Shown here: piece by piece, positions 49,837-61,572 of the stretch
Layout: each line of letters begins with the position of its first letter
Position numbering within the stretch: the stretch's first letter is position 1
Assembly (NCBI GenBank): GCA_964035575.1
Contig: OZ037836.1
Location: 2,046,001 to 2,110,000 of the forward strand
DNA from: Rhynchopus sp. YZ270_cl-10
Lineage: Eukaryota
DNA length: 64,000 nucleotides
Reading direction: 5' to 3'
The notes under the pieces: model-generated
Database searches by the model: none
What the model was told of the DNA's origin: nothing
What the model saw: the letters and a program-made list of their open reading frames with translations, nothing else
Translations under genes and position numbers: made by a program

Positions 49837-52069
49837 ACGTGAGCCTTGGCGTGCAAGTGGGAGGCAAGGTTTGTGTGCTGTTGCGACCCTCGTGTGAGGG
49901 ACCGTGCATCCATGTAGTGATCCGATGAGTGTTTGTCGCTTACAACTCAAGGTGAGCCGCTCTTGCGCCAAGTTTTGTGTATTGTATTGTTTCTTTGAGA
50001 ATTTCAAATTATTGTCCACATTTTTTATATACAATTACATGCAATGCTAAAAGGAAATTGAACACCGTGCTCCCTTCCTTTTTTCATTTTTCTAATCCGG
50101 GGCGGTTGGAGTAGAGCCACATTTCACCGACAGGTGGAGGTGTGTGCGTCCACCACAACCTCTCCCTTTTGTCTTTATTATTTTTATTGCTTTATTGTTT
50201 GCGGGGGTGAAAAATGGATTTTTTTGCCTCTAAGGCTCGGAAGCTCGGAGCAGAAACGTCTATTACGAGCTTAAGAATTTTTTCCTGTTGTTCGAAGTGT
50301 ATTTTTTGTATTTTTTTTACAGACAGAACAGCACATGTTATGCAGTAACATTGCCCTCAATTAGCATCAGTATCTTTGTTGTTTTGTTATTATAAGATAC
50401 GCGTGCACGTGACTTATTTCATCCTTGATCCTTCCACCTTTCTTTGTTTGTTTATTCATTCACTGCTCTGGGCTGTGCTCTTGAAGCATTACTACGGAAT
50501 GTGCCGTTAACGTACATCCCGCTCTTGTTTCAAATGCCAGCACACCTGTTCACAGTTTCACATCCACCCACCTGTTCTTCTTTGAATCTGTGCTTCTTGC
50601 TTGTTGAACAATTCTGGCAATCGCTCCCCCAACACCGTACACTCGCCTACTGGAACAATTTGCCTTGTAATGAAGTAGTGCTGGGTGTGTGGCCTTGTGT
50701 TATTAAGTATAGCAAAAAAAAAAAATGGCAATGTACCCCGGCAGGGTATTAACCAAAAAATACAAAACTCGGTTTTTTTTTTTTGACCGAATTTTTGTTT
50801 TTTGAGTTGTATGATAACAATCTAGATTGGTTCTGTTAGAGGGTTCGTCTTTTCTTTCTTTGTTGACTGGAGTGCGGGAGCTTTTCTCTCTCTCGTTCTT
50901 GATTAATGAAGACATTCTTGTCGAATGCTTTCCGCAGAAGTTCGTCTTCCCGCGATCTAAGGATTTTCACCTTTCCGCTAACTGCTCTTGAACCGTGGTA
51001 CTGTGCCAGAAAGGGAAAAGGGTTTGCTTTTGTGTACAAACCGCTTGTACGGTCAACAGCATGAGGGGCGAAAGGGCTCCCTAAAATATTTTAGTAGAAT
51101 TAGTGCAAAAAAAAGTATAGTGGAGCACACTCTAGGGTGGCTACACTAATAATACAACCAAGTTTTCAAAAAAAAAAAAAAAAGTGTTATTTTCACCACC
51201 CAAAACTGAGATACACAGGGGAATAAATGTTTTCCACCCAATACTGAGATATAAAGGGTAAAAAAAAATGTTTGTTCACCAAAACTGAGATACAAAAAAA
51301 GGGGGTGGAAAAAATGTTTTCTACTCAATGCTGAGATACAAAGGGAAAATGTTTTTTTTTCGCCACCCAAAACAGTTTAAACTGAGATACCATACACAAA
51401 GGGAGTAAAAATGTTTTCGAATGTTTTTGGGACCCCCAACAAGGTACCCTCCAAAAAGCATGGGTGGCTATTGCCTCCCAGGGAAAGGGACTCTCGAATT
51501 TTTATTTTACGCGCATGGGGTGAAACGTTTCAGATGTGGAAATCTTGTCATCGTTTTTCACATCGTTTTACGCCGTGAAGAAAAATAATTTTTTTTTTGT
51601 GCCTCTTTCTTTTTGAACGTTCTTGCTTTGCATCCACACCAGACAATAAAGAGAAAAAAAAGCAGATACCTCCCTAGTCCACCTGATTTTCAAAAAAAAT
51701 AGTAGCCTGTGTGTGTGTGTGTATGAGGCAGCATTGTGAGTGCAGAACCCTGTCCTGGGTGGATTCATCGAGACAGAGGGGAAAAGTGGAGGGAGGGTGC
51801 TCCTCTTTGTGCCTCTTCCAAAATTGCTGTGTGGCTGTAGGTGTTTATTATTGTTCTTTGCGACCCCTTGTCTTGGTTTGGCAGACACACTCCCTGTACA
51901 CAGTGTACAGCACGGTCGCCGACATTCATGTCTCCACGGGGCAGACTGGGACGTCCAAATGCTGTTGACGCGGAAACCTTCTCCACTTCTGCCTTCAAGG
52001 TTCTCCATTGAATATTCGCTACTGCATACCACACACCATCCTGACGACAGGTTGTGATCACGTCACATA

Positions 52070-53320
52070 ATGTACTTCGACAGCAATGCCGATAGCGACA
52101 GCGACAGCGACGGGGTCTATGAGTGCAGGTACTGTGGTGCGTCCGAGTCGCTGACCGGGAGGCCGTTTTATCACGAAAATCAAATTGCGCAGCACGAACG
52201 GGACTGCAGCAGCGTGTTTCCTTGCAGGCATTGTGGTGCAACTGAGTCTAAGAGCGGTCTGTATTTTCTCAGAGAAGAACATCGTGACTCACACGAAGCG
52301 AACTGCCCTGAAAACAAGAGTCGGTTTAAAGCAAGCTTGGAGAGCGTACCCCAAAGGAACCGTAAGCGCGACGAAGAGACGTGCAACGTGTACCCTTGCA
52401 GGAGGTGTGGTGCCACGGAGTCGAAGCAAGGAAAGGTGTTCCTGACAGAGAAGCATCGTAACTCTCATGAGCACAACTGCGACGGCGAAGACCATCACGA
52501 CCCTCAAGACAGTCATCAGCACTCCACAAACGCTCGCGACCGTGATCATCAACCGATGGACCCTCGCGAACGTGATCAACATCAACACAACTGCGACAAC
52601 GAAGAGCATTATCACCATCAGCGCCAACATCACCAACATCACCATTTTCATCATTATCACCAACATCACTATCAGCAACTTCAACCAGTGGTGATACCAG
52701 TGGTTGAAGTGTATGGGTTTGTGTGTCAACCACATCACCACTGCGGCTGCAACTGCGAGGCATACCAACGGATGGACCCTCGTGACCGGCATCAACAATT
52801 CATGGACCCTCGCGATCGTTATCAATCTCACCATCATCACCATCCGCAACAACAACCGCAACAGCAGCAGCAGCAGCAGAAGCCCTCCACGAGGGAACCA
52901 CACTCTCAGCCCCCACATCAACCCGCTGTACCACCCCCGCCCCACACCCAGGAGCCCACATCGCCACCAGAAGAGTTTGTGTGTCCCATCTGCGCTGACC
53001 TGATGCAGGAGCCCATGCAGTGCAGGGAGGGCCACTCTCTGTGCAAGACCTGTTGGGATGCCTGCCTGTCGCAGAGGGTCCCCGGGAGTCGTCATGTGTG
53101 CCCTATTGACAACAGAACACATGTGAACAGATCCCACCTGGTCCCTAACAGAAGCCTGGCGTCGCTCATTGAGTCATACGTCAAGAAGCAGGGGAGGGGG
53201 GCAGAGCGCTCCTCTGCTGATGCCACGCAGCAGGCAGCACCTGATCGCTCTGGACTCGGAGGCCGTGGTGGAGGCAAGGGCAGGGGCGGAAGACGTGGGA
53301 GCCGCTCCATTGCCGAATAG
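52070..53320 (+). CDS. Zinc-finger / RING-finger protein, putative E3 ubiquitin ligase, 416 aa
   Basis: Three C2HC-type repeats (CRxCGA[ST]ES..G..F..E.....HE..C); His/Gln/Pro linker; RING CPIC...CREGHSLCKTC...CPID (C3HC3D type); RGG-rich tail. Confidence 0.9.
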   Translation: MYFDSNADSDSDSDGVYECRYCGASESLTGRPFYHENQIAQHERDCSSVFPCRHCGATESKSGLYFLREEHRDSHEANCPENKSRFKASLESVPQRNRKRDEETCNVYPCRRCGATESKQGKVFLTEKHRNSHEHNCDGEDHHDPQDSHQHSTNARDRDHQPMDPRERDQHQHNCDNEEHYHHQRQHHQHHHFHHYHQHHYQQLQPVVIPVVEVYGFVCQPHHHCGCNCEAYQRMDPRDRHQQFMDPRDRYQSHHHHHPQQQPQQQQQQQKPSTREPHSQPPHQPAVPPPPHTQEPTSPPEEFVCPICADLMQEPMQCREGHSLCKTCWDACLSQRVPGSRHVCPIDNRTHVNRSHLVPNRSLASLIESYVKKQGRGAERSSADATQQAAPDRSGLGGRGGGKGRGGRRGSRSIAE

Positions 53321-53926
53321 TGGGAGGCAATGGTCACAAGCCATAGCAGTCTGCAATTGAGAGAGGCCCGTCTGTTGTGATCCGATAACTTCAAAAAATA
53401 TCCCAATATTGTCTCTGGTGTCCTCAAAACACCTTCCTGGCACCCAAAAGCTAGAAAATATCGTGTAGTTTGGCTTCTCCGCGGGGGGGGGGGAATCCCG
53501 GGGGGGATAACCGATTTTTCTGGGTGAGAATGTAAGGGGGAGAGATAAATCTCACGCCATACGTTGTTTTTGCATCCTGCCTGTCCCCACATACAACCAC
53601 ACCACAACAGAGGTGACGTGGGACTTAATGTACTGGGAGATCACTTACACCTTCACCACCCACATATGTACAGTTCCCCAAGCAGGGCAAGCGTGTGGGT
53701 TCCGTCGGCACTCCTCACTGCGGAGCGGATAGTCAAGGCAGTGCGTGCCCAGCTGCTCCCGAAGGACGCGTCTCTGTACCTGGTACAGTGGGAGCGTGCA
53801 TTGGGCTCAGTGGGCTCACTTGTCGCGTACATGTCTGCCTTCTTCTTGTCTCCTTCCCGTTCTGCGAGTTGTGTTTCTCCTTGCCCCACCCAAAACACCT
53901 TGCACAAAACAGAGAGACACGAAACC

Positions 53927-55084
53927 ATGGAAATATGTGTGAAGAGCTTTGACGGAGAGAAGTACACAGTCGAGGTGGGTGTGGATGATACAACTGCGGA
54001 CATACGGCGGAAGGTGGCGACTGCAGCAGAGTTGTGCGAAGACGGCTTTGACATGAGCTTCGGAGAGAAGCTGCTGGCCGAAGGAGACGACACGACGCAG
54101 CTGAGTGCTGGGGACACAGTTGTGCTGACGAAGACGAAGTCGCAGAAGGACGACGCCATTGCAGCTCTTCGTGACTTGGGTGAGACAAGGCTGACGTCAG
54201 ACAGTTTCAACGGTCTGGAAGATCCCAAGCTGGTTCATATGTTTCTGCAGGCGGAGGTTGTTACTGAGATCCCTGATCAATTCTTGGAAGGTGGCACGTT
54301 CGAAGAACTTGATCTCAGTGGTGTGCCAGGTGTGACTCAAATAGAAGGAGGTTTCCTCCAATGCTGCACCTTATTGCACACTGCTGATTTATCTGGGTGG
54401 AGCAATGTGATGCGGGTTGATAATTTCTTTCTCTTCAACTGCACCTCATTGACCACACTGGATATTTCTGGGTGGCACAATGTAAGGCAAATAGGAGACG
54501 ACTTTCTCTCCTACTGCAGCGCATTGACAACACTGGATATTTCTGTGTTGAACAATGTGACGCAAATAGGAGACGATTTTTTCTCCAGCTGCAGCGCATT
54601 GCAAACCCTTGACTTGTCTGGGTGGAACAATGTGACGCGGGTTTATGAGCGCTTTCTCTTCAGCTGCACCTCACTGACCACACTGGATATTTCTGGGTGG
54701 AACAATGTGACGCAGCTTGGGCACTCTTTTCTCTCCAGCTGCAGCGCATTGCAAACCCTTGACTTGTCTGGGTGGAACAATGTAACGCGGGTTGATGATT
54801 TCTTTCTCTTCAACTGCACGTCATTGACCACACTGGATATTTCTGGGTGGAACAATGTGAGGCAAATAGGGAGGCACTTCCTCAAGAACTGCAGCGCATT
54901 GAAAACACTTGACCTATCTGGGTTGACGACTGTTCAGCACATTGGGAAAGACTTCCTAAAAGGATGCACAATACCCACAAGCAGCATCAACGTCACCGGA
55001 TCGAGCAGTGTTGTGTCAGAATATGTGCAGAGCCAGAGCGGTAGCCTCGTGGACGATACCAAGTGCAAATGTGTGTGCATGTGA
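53927..55084 (+). CDS. UBL-LRR-CaaX protein, family B, 385 aa
   Basis: ATG 53927 matches the paralogous start; longest family-B LRR set; ends TKCKCVCM. Confidence 0.93.
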   Translation: MEICVKSFDGEKYTVEVGVDDTTADIRRKVATAAELCEDGFDMSFGEKLLAEGDDTTQLSAGDTVVLTKTKSQKDDAIAALRDLGETRLTSDSFNGLEDPKLVHMFLQAEVVTEIPDQFLEGGTFEELDLSGVPGVTQIEGGFLQCCTLLHTADLSGWSNVMRVDNFFLFNCTSLTTLDISGWHNVRQIGDDFLSYCSALTTLDISVLNNVTQIGDDFFSSCSALQTLDLSGWNNVTRVYERFLFSCTSLTTLDISGWNNVTQLGHSFLSSCSALQTLDLSGWNNVTRVDDFFLFNCTSLTTLDISGWNNVRQIGRHFLKNCSALKTLDLSGLTTVQHIGKDFLKGCTIPTSSINVTGSSSVVSEYVQSQSGSLVDDTKCKCVCM

Positions 55085-56066
55085 GGCATGTGCATCTTTC
55101 GAGAGGCTAGGCGCTCATTGCGATGTTCAGAGAACGAATTTTACATTGCACGTTGCACTTTGCCCAAATATGATACTAGAGATATGTTTTTTTATGCACA
55201 GTTCTTTGCATCCTTGCGTGCGTACACTGATACAACCAAGCATGTTGTTGTTTTATACTAAGTTACGACAAATGCTTTGTCACAACACAGTTTTGTGGTG
55301 GGAAATGACTCTTTAATAAGCCAATTGTCTTTTTCTATGCAACATGTTAGACCGTTTGGTCTGGGAGGGTTTAGGATTCTTCTTTGTCTCAGTGATATGT
55401 TGAGCAATTACGAGAGGTGTTTGCCGTATTTTATTCGGACAAATACTTTGTGGTGGGAAATGATTAAAACATCTGAGACTTGTCGTTTATTCCCTTTCCC
55501 CTATTATTGTGCACTCACCTCATTTCTGTACTTCAGGCTAAGGGTTTTTTCCCCTTTTGACATCCTTTTCTGGACGTTTTGGGGGGTAGGAAAAAAGCGT
55601 ATGACGTGGGCAGCGTACCAACTAAACAAAAGATGAAAGGGGTTTTCATTATTTGTCACACAGAAGGTGTGTGAGGTCTGTTTTAGCGATTTTTTACCTC
55701 ACGTTTTTAGAATCAACGTAGTATGCACGTTACGATGTTATTGCCTTCCCCCTTTATTGTGCACTCGCCTCATTTCTGTACTTCAAGCAAAAGTGTTTTT
55801 TCCTTGTTGACATTAATTTCTGGGCGTGTTGAAGAGAACTATATAAAATGGAAGAATCCTGTTCATTCAAGTTCAAGGGGAAAACCTCGTGATTTTCCTC
55901 GCAACCGCGTGTGGTGACGTTGCTGCGTTCGTACGACCTCGACCAATGCTTTCCTCCACGCACTCCGTGCCTTCTTCCCACCATGATTGCCTCCTTCAGT
56001 GTTCTGATGTCCTCTCCTACTCCCACAACCCCACCACACAACAGAGCAACACAAAAGGACGACAAA

Positions 56067-57182
56067 ATGGACGTAACCATCAAGAGGTACGACGACAACT
56101 TGTTCATAATCGAGGTGGGTGTGGATGACACAACGGAGACGATGCGGCAGAAGGTGGCGTCTGCAGTGAGGTTGGCTGAGGACAGCTTCCACATGGGCTT
56201 CGGAGGGAAGGACGAAGGAGAGGACATCACGCAGCTGAGTGCTGGAGACACAATCATCCTCACGAAAACTGCTAAGTACGCAGCTCGAGCAGAGCTTCAT
56301 GCGTTGGGTGAGACGGACATCACTGCAGAGCGGTTGGAGGAGGTGGAGGATCCTGAGGTGGCGTGTTTGCTTCTGCAGGCGGAGGTTGCGACTGTCATTC
56401 CTGATGACTTCTTGTCGGGTTCATCATTAACGAGACTTGATCTGAGTGCTGTGTCGTGTGTGACGGAGGTTGGTGATAGGTTTCTGTACGATTGCACAAC
56501 GTTGACAAGCATCGACCTGTCAGGGTTGAGCAATGTGACGCGCATCGGTAGCTGCTTTCTCTCCGACTGCAAAGGCTTAACCACTCTGGATCTTTCGCCA
56601 CTCAGCAACTTGATGCGCATCGATAGCTCCTTTCTCTCCGACTGCAAAGGTTTAACCACTCTGGATCTTTCGCCACTCAGCAACTTGACAGAAATCGATG
56701 AAGGCTTTCTCTACTGCTGCAAAGGTTTAACCACTCTGGATCTTTCGCCACTCAGCAACTTGACGCGCATCGGTAGCTTCTTTCTCTACGACTGCAAAGG
56801 TTTAACCACTCTGGATCTTTCGCCACTCAGCAACTTGACAGAACTCGGTTACTACTTTCTCTCCGACTGCAAAGGTTTAACCACTCTGGATCTTTCGCCA
56901 CTCAGCAACGTGACAGAATTCGGTAACCACTTTCTCAGCAGCTGCAAAGGCTTAACCACTCTGGATCTTTCGCCACTCAGCAGGGTTAAGGTTGTTGGTT
57001 CGCACTTTCTTACGAACTGCACTTCGTTGAAGAGTATTCACCTTACCGGCTGCAGCAGTGCTGTGTCCGACGCAGTGAGGAACAACAAGAAGCTGAGCAA
57101 ACTTGTGGTTGAAGCACGTCCGAAACGCAGCAGAGACGAATCACCCCAGCAAGCACACAAACGGCAGAGACACGCACAATGA
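56067..57182 (+). CDS. UBL-LRR protein, family A, 371 aa
   Basis: ATG 56067 matches the paralogous start MDVTIK; NLS-like tail. Confidence 0.93.
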   Translation: MDVTIKRYDDNLFIIEVGVDDTTETMRQKVASAVRLAEDSFHMGFGGKDEGEDITQLSAGDTIILTKTAKYAARAELHALGETDITAERLEEVEDPEVACLLLQAEVATVIPDDFLSGSSLTRLDLSAVSCVTEVGDRFLYDCTTLTSIDLSGLSNVTRIGSCFLSDCKGLTTLDLSPLSNLMRIDSSFLSDCKGLTTLDLSPLSNLTEIDEGFLYCCKGLTTLDLSPLSNLTRIGSFFLYDCKGLTTLDLSPLSNLTELGYYFLSDCKGLTTLDLSPLSNVTEFGNHFLSSCKGLTTLDLSPLSRVKVVGSHFLTNCTSLKSIHLTGCSSAVSDAVRNNKKLSKLVVEARPKRSRDESPQQAHKRQRHAQ

Positions 57183-57789
57183 CGATGAGGTTTACAGGGA
57201 GGGTGGTTTCAGCCTCGCAATTGACGAGTTTCGCGGTACCAAGTGGTGGCTCACGTGCTATTTGTGTTTGAGGAAGCCTGCTATGTAGCACAGCACCAAA
57301 GGCAAAGCAGACGTGGTGGCAGTTTAGTGAGGACACATCAGTTGGCAAATGTTTGTTTAATGTTGATGAGGGTAGCATCGGTTTGTAATGTGGTCCACGT
57401 TTTTGTGGGAATTGTCAAGATCTTGATCACAAAGATGAAGATTTGGGCTGTGTGAAATGTTTGTCTTGTTTGCCTTGTCGGGTGTGTGCACTGTATGTGA
57501 AACAACTGTGGATCTGCAGGTACGTGCTCTGATGTTTATTCAGTGTGGTGTGTTGTGGTTTTGTTATGTTTTTACGCTTTTTCCACCTGATTTTTTTTAA
57601 CCAAAAGAAAACCGACGCAGGAGCTTTTCTTGGAACTGTTTTATTCTCCTCACCCCAACAACAACATCACATTCAGAAAAACACTGTTTTTTCGTTTTTA
57701 TTCGCTTTCTTTTCTTCTTCCTCACACTTTGTTACTGTGAAGAAAAATTTTTTCGTTTCCCTCCCTCCCTCCCAATTTTGTGTTTTTTG

Positions 57790-57993
57790 CTTCAGTGTTT
57801 CCATGCGTAGGGTCCGAGTTGGCCTAGTGGACCTGAAATTCAGTGTGTTCATGCGTAGGGTCCGAGTTGGCCTAGTGAACCTGAATACCCCTTTTGCTTC
57901 AGTGTTTCCATGCGTAGGGTCCGAGTTGGCCTAGTGGACCTGAAATTCAGTGTGTTCCATGTGTAGGGTCCGAGTTGGCCTAGTGGACCTGAA
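57790..57993. repeat. Four tandem ~48-59-bp units with core GTAGGGTCCGAGTTGGCCTAGTG(G/A)ACCTGAA
   Basis: Direct inspection. Confidence 0.9.
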
Positions 57994-58582
57994 CCAATCC
58001 TCCTTTCAACTTTCTTTGCGTCAGGTGTTCCATGTGATCAAAACCCATTAAAAACACCGTTGGGAGGCATTGAGAGGGTGGGAAAAGTGCCGGGGGCACT
58101 AGATTTGCAGTTCTACGCCAAGTCCGCTCTAAAATCCTTGTGTAGACGCAGTGGAATGGCAGTAAAGGCAAAGCGCCGTATCCACTGTGGAATGGGCCTG
58201 CTGAAGGGTCCTCAGAGGCGATTCTGCAAGTCCTGGGGAGATTGAGTTTAAGAAAACACGCGAAAAGGGGAGGAAAGTGACGTGTGTGGTATTGGGCCTC
58301 CCACGCGTCCTCCTCGCGGGTCATTGCGTACGACTTGTCGTCAAGCAGTCTGGCCTTGCCACATTGGAGCAGTGTGCCTAAGCTCCCAATACGGTATTCC
58401 TTGCCCTTGTGGGCTGTGGACACCCCACTCTTGCCGCTGTATATTGTGGCGTGCCTGGCTGTATCCACGAGGGATGTCTCTTTCCTCCCACAATAATATG
58501 AGCGTGGGGTCTGAAGAAGATAAAGAAGACGAGGCAGATGCGGGGTGGTGCTTTAGTCGAGTCTATTACTGGATACCTATAT

Positions 58583-59500
58583 CACCCATTCCATGAAATT
58601 CCGTATACTTTTGCAAAAAAGTCACTCAGAGAACCCAGATGCAAATTTTTTATCGTCCGACCCCGCATTTGATTCATTTTGACTCCCCGGATCTGAGAAT
58701 ATTTTTTTCAAAAAAAATAAAAAAAAAATTCCATCCGAGGATGTGTGGGAGAGTTTTGGGTCCGGCGCTCCCAGTTATCTCGACAATTTCCTGGTCACAA
58801 AAACCCCCCAAAACACCGCTAGTGTGAATTTCCGAGCTCAGCGCTTTTCATTAAAAAAAAAATCGAGAAGATTAGTGGAGTAGAAGTTGTCTACTTTTTT
58901 TACCATGGGTAATTTTGCACTATAGCTGTATATAGCAGGGCAAATTACCTTGGAAAATGGGGTGTTCGCCGCTAGTATATGGTAGTACCCTGGTCGCCTT
59001 CTGCGTCTACCCGTTGGTCGTGCGACCCCGGAATTGCAAGATATTGCAATGCATCTTTCAAACGCGTGCTTGGGCAATTTTTTTGTTGACGAAAGCGTGG
59101 CCTTAAAATATAGAGGGATTCCTCTGTAAAAGGGGCACCATAAGGCACTTCCTAGTAGGTACCTTCCGCCTAAGAACTGCCCAAAAAATAATAGACATCA
59201 ACAGATGCATAAAAAAAATCGTCCGACCCCGGAATTGAAAGATTTCGTACCCGATCTTCCAAAAAATGAGAAAAAATATTATTTTTGGGGACCTGGGCCC
59301 CTGTTAAAATTATGTGTCCACGGACGACATCGTTTGCGGAAATATAAAGTATTTTTTTGTTGTCGAAAATGCGCTAGTGTGAATTTCCGAGCTCGGCGCT
59401 TTCAATTAAAAAAAAAATCGATAAGATTAGTGGAGTAGAAGTTGTCTAGTTTCTTTACCAAAAACAGGGGTTTTGTATACGGTTTTTCGTGGAATGGGTG
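58583..59500. mobile_element. MITE with CACCC termini
   Basis: Imperfect ~26-bp TIR CACCCATTCCA(T/C)GAAA..CCGTATAC; ATAT on both flanks; internal ~85-bp direct duplication (58818, 59372). Confidence 0.75.
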
Positions 59501-60123
59501 ATATACGTGTCTAGTACAGGGCTATTGAAGGCTGAACTGCAAAACCAAGGGGGGAACTGGGCATTGCAATATCTGGAAAGTCATACGAGGCGTTTTTTTC
59601 AAAAGGGAAGATACCCTGAGGGACCGGGTGAGGCAGTGACGGCACATCTGCTCGATAATTTACACCCGACTAATTTTCCTCCTTGAATTGATCACTCCCT
59701 GGACTATTAATAGTGTAGGTACCTCAGCGTGTGTATACATTGGTCACTACGACCCACAAAATACAGATGCCACGTGACCGTCTTGTCTTGTTTTGGCTGT
59801 ATTCAAACGCAATTAGATGATATTAGTCGAGATGTGTCATTTACTTCCTAAAATATGAGTCATGGGCTGTTGCCATGCCCATATCTCGTTTATGTGCTAA
59901 AAAATAGGAATAGGCAAGGTACAAACCCTGTCCCACGACCCCTTTTTTTTTCGGGATTTTGATTTTCTGGTCACTTCTGGTCACTATTTTTGGTATTTTC
60001 GGGCCTCCAGGACGTTTTTCGGGGGGTCTTGGGTAGTGACTTGTGGGGTCGGACACTGCGCTGCGCGTAGAATTAAAAAACCCTGAAAAAGTGCAGTGTC
60101 CTCCCCTTGTGACCCCCCCTAGG

Positions 60124-60946
60124 CATAGGTGCCCGCCGAGTCGTTTTTGGGCGAGTTGTCGGAACTTTACGATTTCACCTAACAACTCGCCCAAAAACTC
60201 GGACAACTCGGCCACAACTCGCCCTATACTCGGCACAACTCGCCCTATACTCGGCACAACTCGGCCACAACTCGGCCACAACTCGCCCATTTTTACAGGC
60301 AAAAACATACAGGGATGGGAGGTGACGTTGTAAGGTTACACACATGTAACGTTGGTACAACACATAATCTCAAGAAAAACAACCAGGGCTAAGGCCAAAC
60401 GCCACTCATTACATGCACCTTGTCATATGACTAGTCATAGGTGGTAACTAGGTCGTGGTGGTCCATGGGCCACCGTGCACACTCACGGTTTTTGGTAATT
60501 GCTGGGGGGAATGGGATATACTCCGTACATGGATACCCACACAGAACACACGGTTCCCCAGACATCTGTCAGGCAATCACTGATTCACTTCACACAGGTC
60601 GGGCAGGCGCTGCCTGCCCATCCTCTTTTCCTGTCTGCTATCGATTCCAGGTTCACAACGTTCACACGTTTAGTCAAAATGCTTTGGGCGACGACTTCCT
60701 TTGGGATACACAAAACCACACAAAGCGCACATTCACAGACCAGCTGTGAAGCGTGGGATGCACAAGATAAAACGTGATGTGGTGTACCTGTGTACCTGTG
60801 TACCTGTGTACCTGTGTACCTGTGTACCTGTGTTTTTGTAGCCATAAAAAATCCCAAAAAAAAACAACTCGCCCAAAAAAAATGGGCGAGTTGTTGGCCG
60901 AATTTGGGCGAGTTGCCGAGTTGTTTTAACTCGCCGGGCACCTATG
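60124..60946. mobile_element. MITE with CATAGGTGCCCG TIRs
   Basis: TIR CATAGGTGCCCG / CGGGCACCTATG flanked by CCTAGG on both sides; subterminal ACAACTCG(C/G)CC repeats; internal (GTACCTGT)n. Confidence 0.75.
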
Positions 60947-61572
60947 CCTAGGCATACCGTGCAGACGAGTCGTCTACTCGTCTATCCTCGTCTTTTTGGG
61001 TCACGACCCAAAAACTCGTCTTTTTACTCGTCTATCCTCGTCTTGACGAGTGCTGTACTCGTCTCATACTCGTTTGTTAGGCCCTGTGAGGTGCTCACGG
61101 GTGAGGTGCTCACGGGTGAGCGTTGTCCGGCCAGCCAGTAGACCTCTTCGTCGGTGTCTTTCTGTGTCTTGCAGTTGACAGTACCAAAGTCCATTATTAA
61201 TGTACTTTTGAGTAACCCGTACAACTGTCTCGTGTGTTCCAGTGTGTCGATGTTGTCTGGTGATCGATATTGCTCTCCATCCGCACGTATAAACGTGCTG
61301 CAACACAAACGTTCCACCGACGTTACCTACAACTAAGGGGAGGGGGAGGGGGAGGGGACTCGTTACCTGCACGGTGGCTTGGTCAGGTGACTGACCAGGC
61401 TCTGACCAAGCTAAAAACATGACCAAGGGGGCTTGGTCATGACCAAACCCCCCCTTGGTCATGACCAAGGGGGGGCTTGGTCAGACCAGGCCCCCCCTTG
61501 GTCATGACGGGTAAAAATGCACGGTGGGGGGTTTGAAACCCGCAAAAAAAAACAAAATAAGAGCACAAAGCA

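Noticed and set aside
12895..57182. Diversity-generating retroelement as the cause of LRR variation
   Set aside because: No reverse transcriptase or template repeat in the window, and the differences are not adenine-specific
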